Source of the DNA: Phoronis australis
Lineage: Eukaryota; Animalia; Phoronida
Direction of reading: 5' to 3'
Length of the DNA: 64,000 nucleotides
Assembly (NCBI GenBank): GCA_002633005.1
Contig: NMRA01000461.1
Coordinates: forward strand, 297,411 to 361,410
A program made the translations under genes and the position numbers. The notes below the pieces were generated by a model that did not search any database, was not told the DNA's origin, and saw only the letters and a list, made by a program, of their open reading frames with translations. Position 1 is the first letter of the stretch. Each line of letters opens with the position of its first letter. This document shows, one piece after another, positions 12,219-25,400 of the stretch.

Positions 12219-15200
12219 CTTTAAAAGTGTTAAACCCGGGCCTGACAATGTCTAAAGTTAAAGCCGGTTTAAGGTCTTCGTACAGGTCTAAGAAACTTCG
12301 ACTAAGGTGGTGAAATGAAATCTGTGTTAGACCAGGTTCCAACTGGAGTTAAACCAGGTTTTACTAGGCCAATGGTAAAAAGTTAAACACCCTTGATTAA
12401 ATGCGACCACATAAGTTTTCACAATAACATCCAAATGTGTTGAAATATTTTACAGGCCTTCTTCCCATGACCAACTTTTAGAGAAAAGGCAGTAAGGTAT
12501 CTCCGCAACTGAATTTCTGCGATCGAATCCCTCAATCCTTCTGTGAAGCATTTGTTCAGGCATTTATCCAAAATAGTTACCTTTAGTTTAGTAATGTGTA
12601 ATTGGACATTTGGCGTCGTTCAATGTAGTTCTCGAAGTAATCACTTCGCCATAATGCGGGTCAAACTATACTGTATACATAGTCTGTGACGTAATGTATC
12701 GAATTGGATTCCTTTGAATGGTAAAATTTCCCTGTATTTTTCACACCTGTAGTTATTTTCTACAGATAATCCACTGCTCAGAAATCATTGCAACAAATAT
12801 GATAACATGATCTTGTCAACGGCAGACGTTGTACTAAATATATCAGAGGCATCCAGCCAGTGTCACGTGTTAAAAATGGCCAATGAAATCGTCGAGAATG
12901 TTGGCTAATTTTGTCGAGAAATCATTAGTCATCTGAAACCGAACTTCAAACGTATTGCTTGATGATGTCACCATTAGGACAAATAATGCAAGCCAATTAC
13001 GCAAACGTGGGGCTTCCAGGGTTAAATTAAATTGTCCTGCTTTGCTTAACGTTGTTATCATGAATCAGATCTGCGAAATTTTATTTTACTGAGTGTTCCT
13101 GACGCTATTGTAACAAGTTTGCAAAATTGTGTAATTGCATTTTAAAGTAGGACCTATATTCAGGCTTTACCAGGAAAAAGAGTCAGCAATTGGTGTATAC
13201 TCATAGGCACTGTTTATGAATTATAGTGTCAAAATAACAGACGGTATAAGTTGAGGTTGTATGGTATGCAATCGTTATTATAAGTTAGTATGGGGTTCTG
13301 TTTGATAAAGGTGCCTCAATACTTAAGAAAACGTATGGTCTTACCCGGCTCCCAATTCACAATATTGAGTGAAAGTTTAGCCGAATATCCGTGAACGCAT
13401 CACTGAAATACTGTGATAAATATAAATTAGTTAGCAGTTGTGAGTGTATTCTTAGACACTTTGAAGTTCTGCTCTAATGAGAGAAAATCACATTTAATTG
13501 CTTTTCTGAGTGAGTGATGTCAAGCTTAATACCGAAATTCTGCCTTCAGCCATACATGTAAGTCATCTTTCATAAATCAGACCCCCGGTTCCGCTTCCAA
13601 AAAAACCTTACACTTATGGAAAATTTATAATCAAGGGAAGCATCCCTCTAGTTTGACCGCTCTTATTGACTATTAAAAGGGCAAAAGGTGCTGAAAGTGG
13701 TTTTTCATCATTATATGGATGAAGGAGACAGGATCTAATACATTAATACTCTTTTAATTGGTGAAAATAAGACTAATGTACGTCAAACTGCATTAAAATG
13801 TCTCTTTAAATCAACACGTGTTGCGAGTGGAAAATACGTCACGATAACCGGTGTCGCATTATTTTCTCTTTTGGTTTACGTAACTGAACAGAAACACAAA
13901 TTGATGCGTCAAATCCATGCAATATGTACTAACACTGTAGTCATCCTTACGCAGTAGCTTACACGCATCTGTTTTCCTGGTTTTATTGAATTATTTAAAC
14001 TATTCATTGTTTCGAAAAACAAACACAAATACACCAGTCTGCAGTGATAGATCCGACATGTAGTTCACCGCACACCAAGGTTAAGGTTATTTCCAACATA
14101 ATTCACTATAATGACCATTTTCTCAATATTTTGCAAGTGCCTAGTAGAATACCTGATCTTCATTCTCGGGGAAGTTCGAATACAAAATATATATACTGCG
14201 TAGCGAGAAAAAAAAAATTAACAAAACCACCTTGGAACTGCACAATCGCGTGGATATTTGTTTACTTCTTAACCAAGTTCAATGGTTAAAAGGCTTTCAA
14301 TCAAATAGAATCTCCCGCCAGGTACAGAACAGCTTCGTATACCCTCAGTCCTCTCATCCACAAAATCGCCATAACATTGAGGAAACGAGGTGCACTTATG
14401 GTACAATGGTGGCGGGGAAAACAAAGACAAAACGTTCTTTAGATCCTAAGGCAGTTGTGCGTCTACATGTACATGCATACGACCGTTGGGGTTTAGAACG
14501 AATGCTACATGTACTGTCGCCTCAGGCCTCTGTGGTCATGAACACACCCAATTGTGAAAAGAGATAAATCCCCACCTTAATTCCTTCATTCAATTAATAA
14601 GTTGACATTTCAATCTTTCGGTCTCATGCTAACGACATGCTTTAACCAACGATTCGATTTTTATTATCCATTTCTTACTTGGTTTCGTATCAGTCTCCCA
14701 GCACGTTACGTGTACAGGTTGTGAATAACAATGAAATGTGACCTATTTAAAAATAAAAATTGTCAAATAGTCGCAAACAACTGAAGTTTTCATTTTAAAA
14801 CTGTTTCATCAAAATCGACTTGCTCAAAAATAGATTATTTCCTCTGATTTTTACATGAACACTCACATTGGTCCCCAATCTCCCTCACATCAAAGTAATT
14901 AGCATAACCATACTTCCTTTCTCGTGTGAAGGGTTATTTTGCTATAAACGTACATTTCTTAAAAATAAATATGACATTTCTAGATCCAAACAACTTTTAA
15001 ACTTCAATTGCATTTCATTCCAGTATACCCAGCGTCTTTTCTCCTACAAACCAAATACTGGTGGAGGCAGTTGAGGCTTTTCCGCATGAAAGATAACATC
15101 AAAAAGAAGCATGTGTATGGTTTGACCAAGGTTTTCATACCGTTTAAGTTGAGAAGTGTGGTGATTTTGGTAGCCTACCGGCCTGCGTGAGGGATATTGC

Positions 15201-18200
15201 GGGTAAGTTAATTTTTAATTACTTACGACCATTTTCACTGAAACTGATGATTTCCAGAACATTGAGAATACAATGAAATTGGGAATGAAGCACAACCTTT
15301 ATGATTCTCTGTTTCACCTTTCATCCAATATTTCGGGCAGCATTGGTCGAACTGTAGTTTTCTTGTGGTTGCTTAAGGTGCACGTACATTGAGAAACTAT
15401 CATCTGCATTATGAATCTCAGATGAGAATTGGGTTGAAGTAACCTCCCAGTGAGGTGTCATTTGAAATTAGCGTCTCACTCAAAATACACATACGCTTGC
15501 TAATTCGAAGCCACCTTAGCGTTTATTTTACTATCATTACTGACCCCAAGTAAGAGTAATAATTCATTACCATATATGTCTGTTTTTGAATTCATTGTTC
15601 TGCGTACGAAATAATGTATTTTATAGATTTCCTTAGGTTAAGTCCACGGTAACGCCGATACTGTAAAGCCCGGCAATTGGGGACACACCCCTAGTTGTAA
15701 AGCAGCGCCTAATATAAGCTTTGTAAAGAGGGGCCACCTGCGGGTTATGAATGCTCATTGATCTTTGTCTGAATGCCCTTGCAACTGACATTTCTCTTTC
15801 GGTGCCTCAAACTAATTAGCCATTTATTGTTCAAATCGTGTTTTCAAAAACATTAGTTGCAATAGACTTCTACTGACTACCCGTTTCCATACATAACGTC
15901 ACAACTATGGCCGCATTGGCAGCTGACACATTACATATGTTCATTGTAATTACTGATTGTCCGTCGTTACAACTGAACAACCTTCTGTAGTACGTCTTTA
16001 TCGGCTTAAGTGTTTTCCTCTTAAAATACAACTCTGGTTTTGAGCTGTTCAAAAATCACAAAATACTATTTACCTTTTCACGAATGTGATTTCTGTGGAC
16101 ACGATTATACTTCGTAAATAAATAAATTCTGAATGCTATTGCTATGAACTATTTTGTTTGAAGGGCAGTGATGGATGGTTGACAACCCAAAAAACATATA
16201 GAAGTGTAAACACTGTGTGCATGCGCATAACCTATTGTTTTATCATAGAAACAATTTTTTTGTAATTTTGGTGTTGATCAGCAATCGTCCAATTCATATT
16301 TGCTGTTATTATAGTATGTTACTCTGTCAGCGTTTGTATTTGATGTGAGGACACTAATTGTATAGCTTCTTGTTGCAAGATGAGATAATCTGATAAAAAC
16401 TTCCCACAAGGCAAGTCTCGTCATGTACAAACAAGACACTTGGCAGTTGTTTCCACCGGTTGTTATCAAAAATCGAAATCTCAGCAAGCATGAGCATCAG
16501 CAATAATCAAGAGTTTTTTGACTAGTGAACATTTTCGGTACCACAATGGCCAGCTCTTAGTCAAAGAATGATGGGTCATCTTGAAAATTATGCAGTAGTA
16601 ATGGGATAACGAAGGTTGACCATGTGGACATTTTACAATAATAAAGTCTGAAGTTATATGAACTTCACTTGTGATAAAGTATGGTGAACAAGCAGCAGGC
16701 TGGACGGTAGATCGTTGGCTTGATAAGGTGACAGGTGATGGTGCTGGTTCAAATATAGTTTGGTCCAGTCACAAATGCGTCCTGACTTGTTCTTCTCGGC
16801 AAGACGGCAAAACAAGTTATTGGAAGCAGAGTGGCAACCCTAACTATGTTTTCAGCCATTGGAATTGGTCTCGTGTATGTAGTTTGTGCCTCATCAGCCG
16901 TGTCTAGCTCAAAAGTATCTCGTTGATTTAAAAAACGTGTCTAGTGAAGATTGGGCCATCTTACGTACAAGTAGAAGTTTAATTTTCTTTGAATGCATTC
17001 ACAGACCTTTCAGAGAGAAATCGGTAACCCCAAACTCATCAATTCGTGGTTTGCAGTTGTATCACGGGATTTAGTGTTACTTAACTCAAACACACAGTGT
17101 AACTGATGCAACAATTTAGGAGCTCCGAGATTTGTTTGGGATAAACCTGTTGTTCTATTGTTTCTGCGGTGTGGAAAGTATTGAGGTGAAAGCCTTTATT
17201 AAACTGATCGTTGATTAAGTGAATTGTTCTTCTCAATGTGCGCCATTAATTTGTTTGTGCATCGTCACTTATTTTGTGCGTCAATTGAATGACACCATGA
17301 CCCACTTGGGCCAAGAAGCCTCCTAAAATAAACTTGTTTAAAAACTAATGAACTACCGCCCAACACAAATATAACTACATTTATGCTATTTTGGTTTCCT
17401 CGGAAAAATGGCGAAGCTGATATCCACGTGATCATAATTAATAATGAAAGTATTTATGATGTTGAACATTTTTACTTTTTGAATAGATTGATAAGAATTT
17501 CTCAAGTTCCACGAAAATGCACTTTCGTTAAATTCTAATGAAATAATTTATTGAATTGTAATTTTCAATTTTTAGTAATCTCCAGAAAAAAAATCGAGTT
17601 TGGGAAATTTCAAATGAATGTGTCAGAATTCTAAATGCTTTTTTCATATCGAAACATTACTACAAACGCACTTGTCTACTGATGATATGTGACAGCCCCT
17701 CATGCTGGCATGCTGTTATGAGGGGTTTGATAATTGTGCGAGATTGAAGACTTAATAACTCATTATCATTTGATCACAAATAACAAAGCTGTATGGAAAT
17801 TAGAACCGTTCTTGGATGCTTAAGACTTCAGGAATAACCATCAGCCTTTAATGTTTCCATTCTTTCAGTTCCACAAATCACGAAATGTGTTGTAGTAAAG
17901 TCTAAAACGGCGGACTTTAAAAAAATGTTAAAATTCCTTAATAGTTCTTGCAGCTCACTCAATTAACAACAGTATTCTGCCAAGCACTGTAACCCACAAA
18001 GTCGACAACTTATAACAAAATATGTTGTTTTCGTGCTACTTTGCAAGAAGGCAACCTCTTCAAAAAGTGCTTTGACATGTGAACACGAGAGTTTGTAAAA
18101 TTAAGTTCCACAAATAACTACCTTGAATATACGTTCTAATGAGATGCAAATTATACTTAATGGGCTTAGGATTAAATGTGAATGTACACCACCTGCAAGA

Positions 18201-19239
18201 GATTTTAATAACTGTACTAATACGCCTAATGAAAATCACTGGCGGATCTAGGATATAATAAAGGTGTGTCCAACCGGAATGCTTGGACGGGAACTGTCTG
18301 CGTAACCCTCAAACACAATACGCCGACAACGCTTGCTCTAGTGGCCGATGGAGGCTTATTCCGCGTGGGCAGTTACTTGACATTCGTGTATCCAATTGTG
18401 CAATAACGACAAAATAATTGTAAATGCCCCCATTTTTACAAAAGAATGATGATGCAATTAAAGTCTTTATCTATAAGATAATTGTAAAGTCGCAGTGAGC
18501 ATGATTTCCAGTGGCCTCCACTTTTGTGCCTTCTTCACCCTCGTAGTATCGGTAACCCATGGTATCGGCGAAGGCCTGGTATCGTGGTCCCCCAACTCCC
18601 CACGACAGTAATTAAAGACTTAACTAAAGATCGTCCAATTGCAGGATCTTGTCATTGTTAACAGCTCCATAGACCATTTAAGAGAAACTCTTCTAGTACC
18701 AGGGCCTTAGGAGAATAGGCCCACGGTCAGATATTCGGAAAACGGCATTTGAAAAACATCTGACTCGACAATCACCGAATATATACCCTGGCATAATTTA
18801 GTAGGAAGGAAGCGTCTTTTCACTGAATGACAGTGAATGCAGTGAACTCGCCAACAAAAAATATGTATCCTGGCCAAGATTACACACGTACTTCTTAAAC
18901 ACCCATCGGTTACCGGAAATATGAGTGTGGGCGTACATTGTGAAATTAAAAACTTCGCATGGTAATGATTAATCTTAAAATATTTTGAAACTTTAATTAT
19001 GTGCTGAACTACATGAATGAGGCAACGCGCAGCTGTTTTTAAAAGACACGCTCTTACCTACATTTTTATATAAAGAGTGAGCTTTTAACTGCGGCAGGTA
19101 GGGAACCCCGGTACATGTTAGTACCGTGACGTTCTGTTTACGGCGAATTGGTCAATCAATTATCATCAGATGATATCTAAAAGCATGGATAATTTTTTTA
19201 TCCCCATAATTAACTTACCGCCACCTGTTCAACTAGTTG

Positions 19240-19247
19240 TATATAAA
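19240..19247 (+). promoter_or_regulatory. Putative TATA box of the astacin gene
   Basis: TATATAAA starting 44 nt upstream of the ATG at 19284. Confidence 0.5.
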
Positions 19248-19283
19248 TCGTGTCCAAAGCATTGAGGGAATCAAAAAAGAAAG

Positions 19284-19463
19284 ATGGTAACAAGTACGGA
19301 ACCTCGGTGGTTCCAGTTTGTTTTTGTAACAGCGGTTTTGCTGACAGCTTCGATCGGACTACCGCATGGACAGAGTGGCAAAGGTGAAAGGAATATTGAT
19401 CAAGACTCTACTTTACAATTGGAAATGGTTTTGGATGAAAAAGACCATCATGTGCCGCAAACA
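19284..19463 (+). CDS. Astacin exon 1 (signal peptide and start of prodomain)
   Basis: MVTSTEPRWFQFVFVTAVLLTASIG hydrophobic leader; donor GTGAGT at 19464, phase 0. Confidence 0.8.
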
Positions 19464-22400
19464 GTGAGTGTTTCATCAGCATTTTAATGAAATTACACCA
19501 TAAAATTAAACCAATATTTAAAGCACTATAGTTCTCTTAAAGTGGGATAGGTTTAAACACGTGTGTATTGAGTCAATGTATAACCATGATAACAAAACAT
19601 TGTCTTTTTTCCTACGTGCCTTCCATCGTCTTAGATCAAAACGACACGTTCTTGCAATGAAAATATCAGAACACAAAATCAGGTAAATTTCTCACAAGTG
19701 GCGTAAATCAACAGTTTTTTTGTTAATTCATAATTCAGGATTCAGAAAAATATGCAGATGGTTTGGTTGCATCCGTAAAGTGAGAGCTTTTATATACTCG
19801 GAAGAACTTTTCATGGGGTTGAAAGTGGGTGCCGATCAAGTTCTCCCATAAAGCAATTTGTCTGACGTAGTCATTAAAAGACTTGTTACTCGAAATGGAA
19901 CTCGAAATTAGGTTTGGCATTTTCTACTCTACTTTTGGGCGAACTCAAAATAGGTGTCTATTATGCTATGCTCCAGTACAGAATAACTTACGTAGATAAT
20001 TTATTGCCCTTAGTTCACAGTTTGTAAACCCAATATTAAAGCAATAAGTTGGAGTTTGAACTCGAAATTTCGAGTTTTTAATCGAGTTTGTAGCACGAAA
20101 ATAAGGGTCTTCAAGGGCAAACTTGAACTAGAAACTCCTATGCATAAACTATAATGTATTCGAGCACAGTCTGATAGCCACTTATCTTGAGTTCGCACAA
20201 AAGGAGCAGAGAAATTGCCAGAAATAGTTTCTAGTTCGTTTCGAGTACAAAAATTAGAGACCGGTCCCTGGTGCTTACATTCTCATTCTCGAATTATACT
20301 GTCGGTACACGTAAATCCGGGGCAACTGCAATCTATTCTCTATTAGTCTTTGGAAATGGAACTGAAGCAGGGGATTTTCTCACGTAACTCAAAGTTCAAC
20401 ACTCGTTAGAAAGTCACTGCTGCGGTGACCATTTTGTGAAATCTCTACTGGTATACCGTGATTATGCGCTCTATGACATGATCTTGCTTGTGCCGTAAAA
20501 ATGCTTTAGGGAACATCAAGAAACACTGTGTCTTGTTTAATTTCTATGCGTAATTCCAAAAAATATAATTTATAAAACAAACAAGCGTTCGCAATTTACA
20601 AATGGGATGGCTGATTTTTATTGTAGAGAGAAACTGCTGGTGAAGATGAAGAGCATGAAAGTATAGTGTTCATCAACGGTGGCAAGACGCAGTGGATTTC
20701 GGTTTGTATATTTGTATACTAGGGTGCCTGCGTATGGGCACTTTAGCTAGTAACTGAGTTTCAGTGCTGTGCGATCGTTGCAATAAGGGGTTGTAATTCG
20801 CCAAGTGGCGCTCGTAAATCGATGGTTTATTTATTGAAACCCTGCATAGAAGTTACCACTCGGAAAATTAATCTATTGTTACAAAGCCTCCTATGATGGT
20901 GAACCGCTTTCTGCTGCCGATCTCCACTGCAGTAATATGAAATGAGATTTCCCTGCAGTTAAATGATAAAAAAGTGGATAGTAAACACGTCAAATACTTA
21001 GTGACTAAACAAACTTCACCCTTGGTTCTAAGATGCCAGATATCTGGGTAATGTTATCTTTAAGGTGTTGCACGCGCGGGGGGTGGCAATGGTGGAATCG
21101 ACCGCGTTTTTTAACCTTTGACACTAAGGATGATCTTTTCCAGGGGGTTACATGATATTTGAATAAAATGTCACTCTTCTCGGACTTTTAGAAATAATAA
21201 GCCTTTCATTTTATAAGCCCCTTCCAAACGTGGTCCATAATTGAAGGGGCGTGTGGGTTACGACCCCTTGTGCGCTATCAATCCAAAATTGGCGAGAGAA
21301 ACAACAACAGACTCAAATTTGCATTAGTGTAAAGAAATTTGGTTCAAACAGCCCAAGGGGACTGTTAAAAATCAATATTAAACACAGATCATTAAGTGTT
21401 GGACTATGGAAAGCTGAAGACCACTGACGTAAATGGAAGAATTGTTTCCAACAGTTTCATAGCCATGAAATGCCTCTAGCTTTAATCATGTTATCATCAG
21501 TATAGGACTTCTTTATATCTTTACTTGGAATTGTATGATACTTGCAGAAGCCCATCTTGACGTTTTGGGTACAGTTCTTTGATGACCGTCTACTCAAATT
21601 ACGGTACATACACTGGTTACCACAAAGAAAGATTAATCAATGTTTGGAGCTCAAATTTAACTCACAGACCGTAAAAGATCCTCTGGAATTATACAGCATA
21701 CAAGCTTTAGCGTGAATGATTGTCTGAAATTTCTTGGCCCCCAATCTTTTGGTATGCCCCTTCTGAAGCGCTCTCCCGGTTGCCTTATGTTGTCATGAGC
21801 TGTTCAGCTGAGAGATACAAGTTACTTGAAGGAGTTAACGTTGGTAATGGCTCAGGTCTTATTTTTAGTGTCCGTGAAATTTCGTTAGAGCTTATGTTCA
21901 AACTTGACAGCGCAAATAGAAAAGGTCATATGAAGGTTAAAAAGAACACAACATGACCAATTGAGATAAAACAAACATAGAAACATATAAAATGTGCAAA
22001 ATTAAAATTTGGGGCTTTTTGGCCAACAATTTTGACGACCATTGACCAGAAAGTGATCGCGCAACAAGTGCTGTGTCTCCATAATTTTAATAAATACTGC
22101 CGTCCCACTTTGTCCACCACCCAGCTTTGACGATTTTGCTCCTTTTATCCAAATTTTGATCAGATATGTTTACTACAGTGGTTGACACACACTAACCTTC
22201 CAAAGTCTGTATACGTAACTCAAATCTGCCACACACCAATTTCTAATAACCTCCGTTTGTTCAGGATCGTTCCGTTGCCGATACATCGTTAAATTGTGAA
22301 TTTTCATTCGCGCCGCGATCATCGACCATTCACTGCTAGGAGTTTAAGTAATTTCACTCCCTGACAGGCTATTGAACGAAATAATGTTCTCACCCTGCAA

Positions 22401-25400
22401 ACATCACCCTCACTCACTTCATTTGCCTCCGCCGGCGACTCTTTTCTCGGCACTTTCGGCTTCCACTTGTATTTTTCGACGACGTTCTCTTGCAGCAATA
22501 AACTGGGATTTTCCAGTCTTTTTCCTGATCCAAAGCAGGGTTTCAACGAGCGTTTTCTCCCCGTTTTATCAAAAAATTCGAAGTGGAATCTCAAATTAAC
22601 GCAGATTGTTCAGAAAACAATGAACACGTTGCCAAATATGGCGCTTATCAGCTTTCGTTTATATGCAACGAAAATGACTGACGTGACCACGTAACGGCCC
22701 TATCTCCAATCACAGGGCTTTAAAACGACATCATGTCCCATAAATAACCAGAAGGCTTAGGTAGCCAATGGAATACTTAGAGATTGACTGATTGGAAACG
22801 GCCTGCTACCCTGTTTTGACTAGCAACAATAAATGAAGGGATTTGGCTTTTCTACTTTCGTAAGTATCATGGGCTGTAGGAGAATGTGTCCGTGAGCCGC
22901 GGCCTTGTGAAGTTGAGTTAAATGATGGAATTGCGGCGTTTTTTTCGTTATAAAATGAGACATTAGTTGTAATAAGCGACACAATAAAGTATCCTATAGA
23001 TGTAAGACTAGGGCTTAAAGTATGTAATGATTAGAAAAAACCTAAAATGTCAAGGCAAAATACAAAGTGGTTATTTTGCAGCACTGTCAAGTCTGAATCT
23101 GTTTTTACTCAAGTTTTGATAGTTGCCATCCTGGGATCTGCCCCCAGATCTAGAACAGACATTGTTTATGAGTCTACTAACCTGAGGAAATCCAGCCAAA
23201 GGGAGAGAGGACAAGCTTAAACATGTCGATGAGGTTTGTCTCCCCAAAAATATTTACCCTGCTTCTTCCTGCCACCATGGATTGTACGAAGTGGCTTACC
23301 TAAAAAAACAACTGCCGCCAGTTAAATTGATAATGGGTCCAATTCTGTTGCACACGGAGCAGAGTCAATGAAGAACACATTGCAAAGTTAAACAAACGTT
23401 TTAGGTCTTAAAACTCACCTTTCTCGTCCATTTTTTAAATTAAAAAATAATCACTGTGCTTTTCATGAACTATTCAACTATGCTTTCTACAGTCTTTCAA
23501 AACGAAAATTCAGAAATACTATTGTCGCCCAAAATGTGTTTATGATAGAACTCAATACCTCTAGAACGATGACACCAGCAGCCACCACAGCATAGTGCTT
23601 TTGGTCTAAATGTTCAGATTCTGAAGTGCGGATACTGGTTGATTTTCCTAGTCTGGACCGGATAGGTTTTCATCTTAGGAGTCTTGTCATATGTTTTACG
23701 ACAAGCGAAATATCAATCACATCTGTAACCCTGTCATTACAACCACTTGTACTGATGTCAAGGCAGTACCGGCTTTTGCAGAAGACAGGTGATAAACCAA
23801 ACATAGACGAGATGGGTTTGGACAGCAACGCTCACGCCGGCGATATCCTGGGTGAAGACTTCATGACAGAAGACGAACAGGTAGTGTAGTTATATCAATC
23901 GGAAATTTGAAAACCTGGAGTAACTACCTTGAAAATTTGGCGCTCAATGATCGCATCAAAATTAAATGTCTTGTATGTAGTTATACAGGACCCTGGAAAT
24001 CGGTCTAATACACGTACATGTATGGCGAACCTCGTAACATTGTACAACATCTAAAAAATTTGCTGATGGTTCAAGTTACACATTCAAGTACCACGTTTTA
24101 TTTATTGTTTTCCAAGAAGCTGATATGTGCTGATTGTCAAATCTTCCATGTTTACATTGATGGGTTATGAAACTTGGATTTTCAAAGTTGTCAAGAAGAA
24201 AATCTAAAACTGTACAATACGATTATTCAAATGATACATGTACTTTATACACTGCTACTGGGATATTGGTTATTAAACAATGTAACGTTATTCTTATGTA
24301 AGCGTTGTTTTTTCTTTCAGTTTCTTACTTTCATGAACACTTGTACTAAACATATTTGGTAACCTAAAACAATTAGCGTAAGACTAGTAAACAGTCATAA
24401 ACCAAATCTTTGATTCCTCATACTTTCAGAAATTATATGATTTTATTTAGTTAAAATCAATAATTTACTAGACGTTTGGTTTGAAACGTAGACTTATCGA
24501 CTAGGCCAATCATAACACTAATCCTCGAAGTCTCAAATTAAGCAAAATTTGCTTGAGGAGTGCAAGGGGTTTATCAACGGAATTGAATTAAAAAATCGTG
24601 CTTTGGGTACATGTTGAACGTAAGGAAAGTTCTATGCAAGGATTTGTGGGAAATCGAACCTTCATAAGGGATAAGACACATAAGTTAATAAGACAGCTGT
24701 GGTTTAGGGTAAGAAAGTCAGAATATACCTTTAACAAAGTAGGCTTAATGTGAGTCATTTTTGCCTAAAATTGTTTGCTAGCGTTGAAGCTGTCTTCGTG
24801 AAGGAAACTTTGAGTGGAATCATTGATTTTGAATATTAAACTTTCGGCGTCACTTCCTTTACATACATGTACTTCATTTTTCAAAGTACAGTAAAATTGA
24901 CAAATCTTAGTAGAATTTCGCAAAATTCTTGTGAAATTGGACGATTAAACAGCTACTAAAAATTCCCAATAAGGCAAACTTGAACATTTTTTAGGCTTTT
25001 AGTCAGACATTAAAGAGCCAACACACAGCAAACAACTACATGTATTTGTTATTATGAAATTTCGAGACACAACCAAAAATTCACCTTTTATAGAATTCAA
25101 TCGCTGCCTCTGAGGAAAGTAGGGAGCGTGATTGGAAGGTCAAATAAAATCCTACTTGATCCAATCGTAGCAGACGACCTACTTCGTTGACTCTTGAAAT
25201 GTTTTTTTACAAAGCTGCTGCTCATACGCTGCGAAATTCTAATATACAAGGTACACTTAGTCCCACGCCCATGCACATTGTACAATTAGCATGAGCATGG
25301 GATGAGAACAGCCACGCAGTGGTTACTGTAAGATATAAAGTACCATGAACAGACTCGATGCGTTTGTGTGTCTAGTAATTCCAAATCTCTTCGTCCGGTT

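Larger units (their letters stand above)
9475..12407. mobile_element. Decayed autonomous PIF/Harbinger DNA transposon
   Basis: Convergent Myb/SANT-like and HARBI1-type transposase relics between imperfect TIRs (..gatttcattaacgtggtttaac / gttaaacacccttgattaaatgc..). Both ends recur at 53565-54855. Confidence 0.85.
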
